A stretch of DNA of 32,000 nucleotides, taken from contig NC_006624.1 in the NCBI RefSeq assembly GCF_000009965.1, positions 30,001 to 62,000 of the forward strand. The letters are read 5' to 3'. Both the position numbers and the translations under genes were made by a program. Under the pieces are notes generated by a model. The model had not been told where the DNA came from, made no database searches, and was given only the letters and a program-made list of their open reading frames with translations. Within the stretch, counting starts at the first letter, position 1. Every line of letters starts with the position of its first letter. The DNA is from Thermococcus kodakarensis KOD1 (lineage in GTDB: Archaea > Methanobacteriota_B > Thermococci > Thermococcales > Thermococcaceae). Shown piece by piece: positions 10,360 to 21,483 of this stretch.

Positions 10360-11070
10360 GTGGTGGTCACGTTGGTCGAGGAACTACTCAAGATAGAGCT
10401 CAAGGGAGACGAGCTGCACAGGCGCCTTGGCGGTGGAATCCCCGCCGGGACAATAATGCTAGTCGAGGGTGATAGGGGTAGCGGTAAGTCTATATTTGTC
10501 CAGAGGCTCCTCTACGGCTTCCTAATGAACGGCTACACGGCCAGCTACATCTCAAGTCAGTACACCACCGTTGAGTACATCAAACAGATGGAGTCTCTGG
10601 GTTACGGCATAATCCCTTTTCTAATCAGAAAAAAGCTGGTTTTTGTGTCGCTTTACCCCCTTCTCTCGGGTGTGAGCGAGAAGAGGAAGTTTTTGAGCAG
10701 GCTTTTCGGCGAGCCAAGGTTGTGGGAGCCAAACGTTATGATCATCGATGCGTTTTCATCCCTGCTCTCCAGGGAGCAGGACCCCGATGCCGTGAGGGAT
10801 TTTCTCCTCTACGTCAAGAAGATGGCCTCCCTGGACAAGGTGATAATCCTCACCGCCAACACTGAGGAAATAGACAGGGACTCGCTCTTCGTCCTTGAGG
10901 AAGCCTCGACCATGCTGATCCGCCTCAACGTCAAAGTCTTCGGCGGTGATCTGAAGAACTCCGCGACTATTGTGAAGTACAACAACGCTAAGGGAGTCTT
11001 CCAGAAGATAATACCCTTCCGCGTTGAGCCGAAGGCCGGGCTTATAGTAGAAATAGCGGCGGTGGTGTGA
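10360..11070 (+). CDS. flaH: Archaellum RecA/KaiC-like ATP-binding protein FlaH
   Basis: Walker A is VEGDRGSGKS. Size is ~236 aa and it sits before flaI. The GTG start is uncertain by a few codons (GTG 10360/10363, TTG 10372). Confidence 0.9.
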   Translation: MVVTLVEELLKIELKGDELHRRLGGGIPAGTIMLVEGDRGSGKSIFVQRLLYGFLMNGYTASYISSQYTTVEYIKQMESLGYGIIPFLIRKKLVFVSLYPLLSGVSEKRKFLSRLFGEPRLWEPNVMIIDAFSSLLSREQDPDAVRDFLLYVKKMASLDKVIILTANTEEIDRDSLFVLEEASTMLIRLNVKVFGGDLKNSATIVKYNNAKGVFQKIIPFRVEPKAGLIVEIAAVV

Positions 11071-11071
11071 T

Positions 11072-12694
11072 ATGGCGCAGGCGGTTATCAGTGACACCCT
11101 CGAAGACGCAATGGCGAGGAACCCCCACCTTAGGAGGTACATTGAGCAGTTCAGAAAGAAGTACGGTAAGATGCCGGAGTTTCACGCCCAGCTCAGCAGG
11201 GACATGAAGGACATACCGTATCCCAACATACTCTACCCCGTCGGAGACCCAATATTCGTCCACATCTATACGGACCCCGCCACCGCCGAAAAGCGCTACA
11301 TTGTCATAGAGCCGAGGATAGAGAGCGCTGAGGAGGAGGAAAAGTACAAGCTCATCAAGGACAAGATACTAGAGCTTGCGCCGACCAGGGACATCCCCGA
11401 GGATCAGGAGGAGTTCGAGAGATTCCTCGATGCCCTCTTCGATGAGGCCGTCCTCAGCCTGGCGAAGGGAAGGAGGGCAAAGTTCACCATAACCAAGGAC
11501 GAGATGGAGAAGTTCCGCTACCTCATAAAGCGCGACATCATCGGTATAGGCCCGCTGGAGCCAATAGCCAGGGATCCGTACATTGAGGATATCCACATCA
11601 TAGGTGCCCACAACGTTTCCCTCGTCCACAAGATATTCGAGATGATGCAGACCAACATAGACTTCGGCGACGATGTCAAGCTGGCCGACTACTTCAAGAA
11701 CATGGCGGAGCGCATAGGAAGGCCTGTGAGCGACAGGACGCCTATAGTCGACGGTGCCTTGCCAGACGGCTCCCGTATCAACATCATCTACTCACCTGAC
11801 ATCTCAATAAAGGGTCCGAGCGCGACCATCCGTAAGTTCTCGGCGACACCAATAAGCATAGTCCAGCTCATAGGTTGGGGCACGCTCAGCGCCGAGGTGG
11901 CAGCCTACCTGTGGATTGCCCTTGAGTACGGCATGAGCGTCTTCGTCTGTGGTGAGACGGCCTCTGGTAAGACTACTCTCCTCAATGCCATAATCCCGTT
12001 CATCAAGCCTGGGTCAAAGATTTATACTGCTGAGGACACTCCTGAGGTCCAGGTTCCCCACCCGGTCTGGCAGAGACTCATAACCCGTGAGAGGGGCCCT
12101 GAGGAGAGCAGGGTTACGCTCTTCGATCTCCTGAAGGCGGCGCTGCGTTCGAGGCCGAACTACATCATCGTCGGTGAGATTCGTGGTGCCGAGGGTGCCA
12201 TAGCCTTCCAAGCAATGCAGACCGGCCACCCGGTTATGGCGACCTTCCACGCGGGCGACATCAAGAAGATGATCCAGCGTTTTACTGGCCACCCGATCAA
12301 CGTTCCGATAACCTTCATCGACAACCTGAACATAGCGGTCTTCCAGCAGGCGGTCTACGTTAAGGGCAAGTTCCTCAGGAGAACAATCAGCGTCGTTGAG
12401 ATTGAGGGCTACTACGAGGAGCTTGGCGGTGTGGCAACGAGGAACGTCTTCGAGTGGGACTCGGTATCTGACAGACACATCTTCCGTGGATTCAACAACT
12501 CGTACATCCTGGAGAGGAAGATAGCGGAGATAGCGGGTTATGAGGATCCCAAGGACATCTATAACGAGCTTTTCCTGAGGGCAAGGATACTCCAAAGGAT
12601 GGTCGAGCTTGGCATAACCAACTACTGGGACGTCTACAGGGAGATCAAGGCCTTCTATCTCAAGGGTATCGAGGGCCTCAGCTTCAGGATCTGA
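11072..12694 (+). CDS. flaI: Archaellum motor ATPase FlaI (type II/IV secretion ATPase superfamily)
   Basis: Walker A is CGETASGKTT, Walker B/Asp box is YIIVGEIRG, and a His box occurs in MQTGHPVMATFHA. Length 540 aa. Confidence 0.95.
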   Translation: MAQAVISDTLEDAMARNPHLRRYIEQFRKKYGKMPEFHAQLSRDMKDIPYPNILYPVGDPIFVHIYTDPATAEKRYIVIEPRIESAEEEEKYKLIKDKILELAPTRDIPEDQEEFERFLDALFDEAVLSLAKGRRAKFTITKDEMEKFRYLIKRDIIGIGPLEPIARDPYIEDIHIIGAHNVSLVHKIFEMMQTNIDFGDDVKLADYFKNMAERIGRPVSDRTPIVDGALPDGSRINIIYSPDISIKGPSATIRKFSATPISIVQLIGWGTLSAEVAAYLWIALEYGMSVFVCGETASGKTTLLNAIIPFIKPGSKIYTAEDTPEVQVPHPVWQRLITRERGPEESRVTLFDLLKAALRSRPNYIIVGEIRGAEGAIAFQAMQTGHPVMATFHAGDIKKMIQRFTGHPINVPITFIDNLNIAVFQQAVYVKGKFLRRTISVVEIEGYYEELGGVATRNVFEWDSVSDRHIFRGFNNSYILERKIAEIAGYEDPKDIYNELFLRARILQRMVELGITNYWDVYREIKAFYLKGIEGLSFRI

Positions 12695-12695
12695 G

Positions 12696-14440
12696 GTGAT
12701 GCAAATGCCCGAAGAGAAAGCCAGCGTCTTCACCAAGGCCGACCTAAGCATGGAGGCTTACCTTAAGGGCATTCTTCTGCCCTACCTTGGAATCTCAGCG
12801 GTGCTTTTCATAGTCATCGGATTTATAACGAGGATTCTTCCTGTTGCCCGGAGTCTCCAAGTTTTAATGTTCTTAATCCCGATAGTTCTGATAATCTACG
12901 CTGCTGCCTATCCGTACGTAGTGGCCGACTCCAAGAAGATTTCGATAAACTCGAAGATGCCGTACTTCATCACGTACTTTGCGGTTCTCTCCACGAGCGA
13001 GATGGGCAGAAGCGATCTTGTGGCAGTACTCGCCAAGGATCCAAAGCTGGGTGCAATAGCAAGTGAGCTGAAGAAAGTCCACACGATTGTTAACAAACTC
13101 CACCTCTCGATGCCGGAAGCATTCCGCTTTCTCGCCAGGAGAACCCCGAGCAAGATGTTCGCAGACTTTCTCGACAGGCTTGCCTACTCCCTTGACAGCG
13201 GTGTTGACCTGAAGGAATACCTCTTCCAGGAGCAGAAGACCGTTATGGACGACTATGAGACCTTCTACGAGGGAGCGCTTTATGATCTCGATGTTTTCAA
13301 GGAGATATACGAGTCGATCATCATTTCAGTCGTTTTCATAGCGTCGTTCATCATCATCGGTCCGATCATTACGGGAATGGACATAGGCAGGATGGGCCTC
13401 TACGCGCTCCTCATGATCATAGCGGCAGAAGTCGGTGTTCTGCTCGTCGTCAAGTTCAGGATGCCAGAAGACCCGATCTGGGCCGACAGCAGGGGAATAA
13501 GGGATCCCAAGAGGGAACGCATCAAAATGGCGGCGATTTACTCCAGTATTGGAACCGTTATCCTGACGTTGGTTTATCTCCTGTTTATCAGGCAGAGGTT
13601 CAGCATTCCCGAGCCGTTCGTGGTGGCCATGGTTCTTACCCCGTTCTACTACCTCGGAATGGTGGTCGACAGAGAGGAAAAGCGCATCTTCAGGAAGGAC
13701 GAGAACTTCCCGGCCTTCATCAGGAGCCTCAGCTCTTCCCTTGCCGCCAGCGGTGCATCCCTCGTCCTCGTTCTCAAGTACCTCAGCGCCCACGACTTTG
13801 GGTCACTCACGGACGACATCAAAGCTCTCTACAGGAGGCTCGCCATCAGGGTTGACAGGGACAGGGCTTGGGACTTCTTCATCGCCGGAACTGGAAGCTG
13901 GCTCATAGGAATATTCTCCGAGATATTCAGGGAGAGCCTGCACATGGGTGCCGAGCCAGATTACGTGGGTCTGGTCATAAGCAGGAACTTCGAGAGGATC
14001 GTTAGGCTCAGGAGGAAGAGGCAGCAGAGCATAGCGAGCTTTATAGGTATAATCTACGGTCTTACTGGAGCGTTTGCTTTTGCTCTCGCGGCGTCCTTTC
14101 AGGTGGCTGTTTCAATAAACGATCTGTTCTCGAAGATGGATCTCGGAGCTGCCGCGAACTACATTGGCGACATAATACACGTGATACCTCCGACTGGTAT
14201 GACTTTTCTGATGTACATAATGCTGACGATGATGGTTCTCCACTCATTGCTCTCGGCCCTGGTTATCAAGCTGGCCGATGGGGGGCACATACTAGGCTCC
14301 GCCAAATACTTCGTCATTCTGGCTTGGATATTCGCCGTCGGGATGTATCTCGGCCAGACCTTGATGGCGAGGATGATGGGCACGAGTAGCGGAGGTACAG
14401 AAGTTGCCCAACTTGTGGGGTATCTGCTGGGGGTGATGCC

Positions 14441-14444
<4 letters not shown>
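12696..14444 (+). CDS. flaJ: Archaellum polytopic membrane platform protein FlaJ
   Basis: Multi-TM protein with two T2SS-F-like cytoplasmic domains, directly after flaI. The likely true start is ATG 12699 or 12705, behind GAGGTGAT (12694-12700). Confidence 0.9.
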
Positions 14445-17128
<2,684 letters not shown>

Positions 17129-17170
17129 CCTTTTAAGTAGACTACTTCCTCCATTTATTCAGGTGGTAAA

Positions 17171-17800
17171 ATGGTCAGGCTCATAGCTTTTGACCTTGAG
17201 GGCACGCTTGTTAGGTCAGTTTCGGGATGGGTCGAACTCCATAAGAGGTTTGGGACTTGGGAGAAGGGAAAGGAGTACGCGGAGGCCTTTTTCAAGGGCG
17301 AGATAGACTACGCCACGTGGCGAGACTGGGATGCTTCCCTCTGGAAAGGGCATACCAAAGACGAGATACTGGAGTGGGTCAGCTCCGTTGAGTACATGGA
17401 GGGTGCGAAGGAGTTAATCGAGCTCCTCAAGGAAAACGGCTTTAAAATAGCCATCTTGAGCAGCGGACTTATGTGCCTCGCTAAGAGGGTCGGCGAAGAA
17501 CTTGGTGTTGACTACGTTTACGCTAACGAGCTGATTTTCGACGATGAAGGGAGGATAACCGGCGAAGTTAACCCGGTTGTTGATTTCCAGGGAAAAGGCG
17601 CTATACTTCGCAGGCTCAAGGAGGAGCTGAAGCCGGAGCTGACCGTGGCCGTTGGCGACGGCTACAACGACATCAGCATGTTCATGGAGGCCGATGTGGC
17701 AATAGCCATAAACCCCCATGAAGGCGTTGAGGGCGACCACAACGTCGAGAGCCTCTACGAGGTCAGGGAGATAATCGAAGAGCTGATACGGGGTCAGTGA
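17171..17800 (+). CDS. HAD-IB family phosphatase (phosphoserine phosphatase-like)
   Basis: Motif I is IAFDLEGTL, motif II ILSSG, and motif IV GDGYNDISM. Length 209 aa. TATA TTTTAAGTA is at 17131. Confidence 0.8.
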   Translation: MVRLIAFDLEGTLVRSVSGWVELHKRFGTWEKGKEYAEAFFKGEIDYATWRDWDASLWKGHTKDEILEWVSSVEYMEGAKELIELLKENGFKIAILSSGLMCLAKRVGEELGVDYVYANELIFDDEGRITGEVNPVVDFQGKGAILRRLKEELKPELTVAVGDGYNDISMFMEADVAIAINPHEGVEGDHNVESLYEVREIIEELIRGQ

Positions 17801-17846
17801 AGGGCGTGCTCATCACAGTCAGCAAAGCAAAAGCTCTTCATCCCCC
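17790..17846 (-). ncRNA. C/D box sRNA (2'-O-methylation guide)
   Basis: Minus strand reads GGGGG-AUGAAGA(C)-12 nt-CUGA(D')-2 nt-GUGAUGA(C')-12 nt-CUGA(D)-CCCC. Both guides are exactly 12 nt, a terminal GGGG/CCCC stem is present, and the GA dinucleotides of all K-turn boxes are intact. The 3' part overlaps the HAD stop codon on the other strand. Confidence 0.8.
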
Positions 17847-17848
17847 GG

Positions 17849-17907
17849 TGTAGGCCTGGCAGGAAGCCCCGGTTCACGTTTCCCCGGGGAGGGCGGGACG
17901 CCAGGCC
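17849..17907 (-). ncRNA. Candidate single-hairpin H/ACA-type sRNA (pseudouridylation guide)
   Basis: Minus strand reads GGCCUGGC (lower stem)-GUCCCGCCCU (5' pocket)-CCCCGG (upper stem)-GGAAACGUGAA (GA-rich K-loop-like apex)-CCGGGG-CUUCCU (3' pocket)-GCCAGGCC-U-ACA. The ACA lies 15 nt from the top of the 3' pocket strand. A TATA-like TTTTAAAG sits ~24 nt upstream. Confidence 0.45.
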
Positions 17908-17927
17908 CAGAGACTTTTGGTTTCAAT

Positions 17928-17935
17928 CTTTAAAA
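17928..17935 (-). promoter_or_regulatory. TATA-like element driving the H/ACA + C/D sRNA pair
   Basis: Minus strand reads TAA(stop)-AGTTTTAAAGATT immediately after the peptidase stop, ~24 nt upstream of the first stem of the H/ACA-like hairpin. Confidence 0.4.
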
Positions 17936-17937
17936 CT

Positions 17938-19140
17938 TTAAAGGCCCATCATTTTAAGCTCCAGCCACCAGAAGATGTCCCCCCAGAAGTAGCTTATCAG
18001 GAAGCCGAGGAATATGGCAGGTGCAAAGGGCATCGCCTTCTTTCTCAGGAACCTGTTTTCCAGCTTCCCCTCTTCAACGAGCTTCTTCAGCTCTTCGATC
18101 TGCTCCTTGGTGAGGCCCTCGGCGGTTGGTGAGGCTACCACTCTTCCCACTTTTGGCCTAATCTCGGAGAAGTCCCATGTCGAGAGTGCTCTCTTGAACC
18201 TCTCAATGGTCCCTTCTCTCTCGCGCTTTACCTCGCCGTTGAGCTCGTGAATGGTCTCACCAAGGATATCCCATTCGTGGAGCTCCTCAACTGGGACTTC
18301 TTCCACGAGGACTTTTCCCCGGAGTATTTTTGCCGTCGAGAGAAGAACCTTCACGGCGTAAATAGTTGCAAGCACCTTTAGCAGGGCGAAGAGGGTCGTA
18401 TCTGGCTGGAGGTACGTCAGGTAGAGAACGCCCGCAATTCCGAGGATGTCCCCCACTGTGCGGTATCTGAGGAATATCGGAAACGCAAGGATGGTCACGA
18501 GAAGTCCGAGCAGGGGTCTGTTGAGGTTCAGCAGGGCAGTAACTGCTATCCCGAACATTATCCACAGCGTTGCTTCAATTGTTGTCCTAATGCCTTCAGT
18601 GAAAACTCTTTTGATATCTTCTGTTTCCTTCCGCACCACCAGTACTCCAAGCGCGTAGGCTATTATAAACGGAAAGACCGCAAGGATGCTGTTGAACAGT
18701 ATTGCGACTGGATAAAACGGGTATCCATCGCCGTACGGTGGCACAATCTTGGCGGTCGGGGGGGCCAGGGGGAGAAGCGCGGAGAACGCGGCTAGTATTA
18801 CTACATCACCGCTGGCCCAGGCGCCGATGTAATACAGGAAAAGGCCGAGTCCAAAGCCCACAAAAAGCCCAATGAGTCCGGAGAGCGCCAGGAGAACGTC
18901 CCCGCTTTTGAGTCCGAGGTATAGGTAGTAAAGAATTCCGATCTCGGCGGAGGGTATGATTATCCTTTCAATCCATCTGGGAAGTCCAACGTCCTCTTCC
19001 TCCTCTTCCCATCCGAGCAGTTTTCCAATGAGCTGAAGTGTTGGGAACGCGTGGACATCGAAGACAAAGCCCGTTTTTATGTCCGTATATGACGTTAAAA
19101 TACCAGTTAGGAGGCCCATCAGAAGAGGTATCAGCTCCAT
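17938..19140 (-). CDS. A24-family aspartic prepilin/prearchaellin peptidase (FlaK/PibD/EppA-like) with inserted soluble domain
   Basis: Polytopic. The first Asp motif is SYTDIKTG in TM1 and the second is IGAWASGDVVILAAF (GxGD-like). The last TM is MPFAPAIFLGF. A ~90-aa hydrophilic insert precedes the last TM. SD GGTGAT. It lies 13 nt downstream of the pilin gene. Confidence 0.8.
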   Translation of the reverse strand: MELIPLLMGLLTGILTSYTDIKTGFVFDVHAFPTLQLIGKLLGWEEEEEDVGLPRWIERIIIPSAEIGILYYLYLGLKSGDVLLALSGLIGLFVGFGLGLFLYYIGAWASGDVVILAAFSALLPLAPPTAKIVPPYGDGYPFYPVAILFNSILAVFPFIIAYALGVLVVRKETEDIKRVFTEGIRTTIEATLWIMFGIAVTALLNLNRPLLGLLVTILAFPIFLRYRTVGDILGIAGVLYLTYLQPDTTLFALLKVLATIYAVKVLLSTAKILRGKVLVEEVPVEELHEWDILGETIHELNGEVKREREGTIERFKRALSTWDFSEIRPKVGRVVASPTAEGLTKEQIEELKKLVEEGKLENRFLRKKAMPFAPAIFLGFLISYFWGDIFWWLELKMMGL

Positions 19141-19153
19141 TCTATCACCGCCA

Positions 19154-19321
19154 TCACAGGTCTTCTAGGATTTTTTTCCTAATCTCCTTTGTATAGTTTG
19201 TAACCGACTTGTTCAGCTCGTTTGTCGAGTTCGTCGCCACTCTAATGGCTATCGCTACGAGAACGAGAACCGCCGCAAGCATGAACAGGTACTCCAGTGC
19301 CCCCTGTGCCCTGCGCCTCAT
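19154..19321 (-). CDS. Small class III signal peptide (type IV pilin-like) protein, 55 aa
   Basis: ATG at 19321 follows AAGGTG. MRRRA|QGALEYLFMLAAVLVLVAIAI fits the QxSxExxxL-type class III signal motif (Q+1, E+5). The ORF-track TTG start at 19351 is less likely. Confidence 0.75.
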   Translation of the reverse strand: MRRRAQGALEYLFMLAAVLVLVAIAIRVATNSTNELNKSVTNYTKEIRKKILEDL

Positions 19322-19393
19322 TTTTTGCACCTTATATTTTTTAGACTCCAAACCTTTAAAAGTTTCTATTTGAGCTTATCTCGGTAGGGAAAA

Positions 19394-19732
19394 ATGAAGG
19401 TCTACAGGCTCTTTGTCAAGGACGAGTATCTAAATTTCATCCGTTCGGGTGAGAAGAGGATTGAGGTTAGGGTTGCATACCCCCAGTTCAGGAACATTAG
19501 GCCGGGGGACAAGATAATATTCAACGACTCCATCCCGGCCGTCGTAACGGAAGTGAAGAAGTACGAGACATTCAGACAGGTTCTCAGGGAAGAACCAATA
19601 AAGAAAATCTTTCCAGATGAGCCGAGTTTCGAACGGGCTGTGAAGAGGTTTCACAACCTCTACCCCAAATGGAAGGAGAACCGCTACGGTGTGATTGCTA
19701 TCAAATTCAAGCTCCTCGGTGAGGGGAGATGA
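19394..19732 (+). CDS. ASCH (PUA-like) domain protein, 112 aa
   Basis: [37 protein letters not shown] is the typical ASCH N-terminal beta-barrel motif (G-x-K-x-x-E-x-R). Confidence 0.7.
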   Translation: MKVYRLFVKDEYLNFIRSGEKRIEVRVAYPQFRNIRPGDKIIFNDSIPAVVTEVKKYETFRQVLREEPIKKIFPDEPSFERAVKRFHNLYPKWKENRYGVIAIKFKLLGEGR

Positions 19733-20298
19733 GGCACCTCGAATTCGACGGGAGGTATGCGGAGGACATACTGAGGGGGAAAAAGCGGGCGACTGTTAGA
19801 CTTGGCAGGAAGCCAAACCTCAAGGAGGGCGACACAGTGCTCATCCACGCTGGTGGCTATGCCCTTGGGAAGGCAGTCATAGAGAGAGTTGAGAGCAAGA
19901 CCGTCGGTGAGCTTACGGACGAAGACGCCTTTCTGGACGGTTTCTCCAGCAGGGAAGAGCTGATAAGGGCGCTCAAGGAGCACTATAAGTACGTAAACGA
20001 TAATTCCCCTGCTCATGTTATTGTCTTTCGGCTCATTGAGAAGTTTGATAGGCCCGTTATGAGCTCTGACTACGCCTACGAGGGCAACCTGCCGGTTGAA
20101 ATCGCGGAAAAGGCCCTTAAATATCTCGATCTCCCAGAGGAGGACAGAAAACTGATAGAGCTGTTCCTCAGAACGGGAAGCCTGAGAAAGGCCGCCTATA
20201 GGCTCGGCGGATTGAACAAAAGGTACCTGATAAGGGAGGCCCTGAGGAGGGCCTATGAAGAGCTGAAAAAGAAGGGTATCATGGGGCCGAAACTTTAA
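19729..20298 (+). CDS. ASCH domain protein fused to a C-terminal HTH-like module, 189 aa
   Basis: The start overlaps the upstream ASCH stop (ATGA). [31 protein letters not shown] is the ASCH core. The C-terminal [42 protein letters not shown] resembles a sigma-70 region 4/LuxR-like HTH. Confidence 0.7.
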   Translation: MRHLEFDGRYAEDILRGKKRATVRLGRKPNLKEGDTVLIHAGGYALGKAVIERVESKTVGELTDEDAFLDGFSSREELIRALKEHYKYVNDNSPAHVIVFRLIEKFDRPVMSSDYAYEGNLPVEIAEKALKYLDLPEEDRKLIELFLRTGSLRKAAYRLGGLNKRYLIREALRRAYEELKKKGIMGPKL

Positions 20299-20557
20299 CG
20301 CTCTCCAGGATCGTTATCTTCTCCTCTCCGTTTACATCAGTTTTACTCGCCGAGAGCTTTACTGGCATGAGCTTGAACGTGTTGCCGTTTATGATCTTTC
20401 TAAGGAGCCTCTCAAAGTCCTCCATCTCGGAGTCGCTGGAGAAGTCCACCCTTGCTATGAAGTCGTACTCTCCGTAGAGCCACTGCCCCTCGACGGGAAG
20501 TTCCCTCAGGATTTCGTCCCTCACGCCCCATACGAGCAGTATCGCCTCGATATCCAT
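20279..20557 (-). CDS. Stand-alone Lrp/AsnC-type ligand-binding (RAM) domain protein
   Basis: MDIEAILLV..DEILRELPVEGQWLYGEYDFIARVDFSSDSEMEDFERLLRKI fits the beta-alpha-beta-beta-alpha-beta RAM pattern (y.vtG.yD..l.v). No HTH is present. The 3' end overlaps the convergent ASCH gene by 20 nt. Confidence 0.5.
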   Translation of the reverse strand: MDIEAILLVWGVRDEILRELPVEGQWLYGEYDFIARVDFSSDSEMEDFERLLRKIINGNTFKLMPVKLSASKTDVNGEEKITILESVKVSAP

Positions 20558-20708
20558 CACCTCTGGTTTGTGCTCAACTGGGAGTTATATCTTTTTCCAA
20601 AGATTTTCTGAATTTGTGCCCAGTTGTCCAACTATTTTCGGTCTATTGTTGTCATAATGTCAGAAAGCTCTTTTAAGATATGGAGAATAAGGAGTGCTGG
20701 TGATACTA

Positions 20709-21413
20709 ATGAAAGCTGTCTTCTTTGACTTCGTTGGCACGCTCATAACGAAGGCTGGCGAAAACGTGACTCACCTGAACATAGTCAGGGAAGTACTGAA
20801 AAAAGCTGGCCGGGGCGACCTGGACGCTGAAGAAGTTTGGAGGGCCTACGAGGAAGAGAGCTCCGCGCTCTTCTCAGAACTCGCGGGTAAGGAAGCAGTG
20901 AAAATAAGGGATGTGGACACTGAGGCCATGAGGAGGGTCGCTGAGAGATACGGCTTTACAGTGCCCAAGGACTTCTGGGAGATAAGCATAAGGATGCACG
21001 AAAAATACGGCCAGCTCTTTCCAGATGCAGTGGATACAATAAAAGCCCTCAAGGGTATGGGCCTTCATGTAGGTATAATCACCGACTCTGACAACGATTA
21101 CATCACTGCCCACTTGAAGGCCCTCGGAATATACGACCTCTTCGACAGCATAACAACGAGTGAAGAAGCTGGCTTTTTCAAGCCCCATCCGAGGCCGTTT
21201 CAGCTCGCTCTGGAAAAGGCTGGTGTCAAGCCAGAGGAAGCTCTTTACGTCGGGGACAACCCGAAAAAGGACTGTGTAGGGGCAAAAAACATTGGAATGA
21301 CCAGTGTGCTCCTCGATCCAAATGGGGAAAAGAGGGAGCTGTGGGAAAACTGCGACTTCATTGTCTCAAGACTTTCAGAGGTCGTGGGGATAATTAAGGG
21401 TCTAAAGGGTTAG
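20709..21413 (+). CDS. HAD-superfamily hydrolase, subfamily IA (PH0459-like)
   Basis: ATG at 20709 follows GGTGAT. Motif I is VFFDFVGTL, motif II ITDSD, and motif IV YVGDNPKKD. Confidence 0.85.
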   Translation: MKAVFFDFVGTLITKAGENVTHLNIVREVLKKAGRGDLDAEEVWRAYEEESSALFSELAGKEAVKIRDVDTEAMRRVAERYGFTVPKDFWEISIRMHEKYGQLFPDAVDTIKALKGMGLHVGIITDSDNDYITAHLKALGIYDLFDSITTSEEAGFFKPHPRPFQLALEKAGVKPEEALYVGDNPKKDCVGAKNIGMTSVLLDPNGEKRELWENCDFIVSRLSEVVGIIKGLKG

Positions 21414-21476
21414 GGGGTCAGCAACGGCAGGGCTCTTCATCGTTTGCCTCGTTTAGCGAAATTATCATCATTCCCC
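21413..21476 (-). ncRNA. C/D box sRNA (2'-O-methylation guide)
   Basis: Minus strand reads GGGG-A-AUGAUGA(C)-UAAUUUCGCUAA(12)-ACGA(degenerate D')-8 nt-AUGAAGA(C')-GCCCUGCCGUUG(12)-CUGA(D)-CCCCC. It starts 7 nt after the stop of the CDP-alcohol phosphatidyltransferase gene. Confidence 0.75.
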
Positions 21477-21483
21477 TCTTCTT

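Noticed and set aside
12014-12751. 245-aa minus-strand ORF
   Set aside because: It is antisense to the 3' half of flaI (Walker B/His box region clearly coding on the plus strand). No start context is present.
20575-20626. 8-bp inverted repeat CAACTGGG ... CCCAGTTG separated by 36 nt in the divergent intergenic region between the RAM-domain gene and the HAD gene
   Set aside because: It is a single short repeat with a long AT-rich spacer. It could be a regulator site, but chance occurrence cannot be excluded by eye and there is no second copy.
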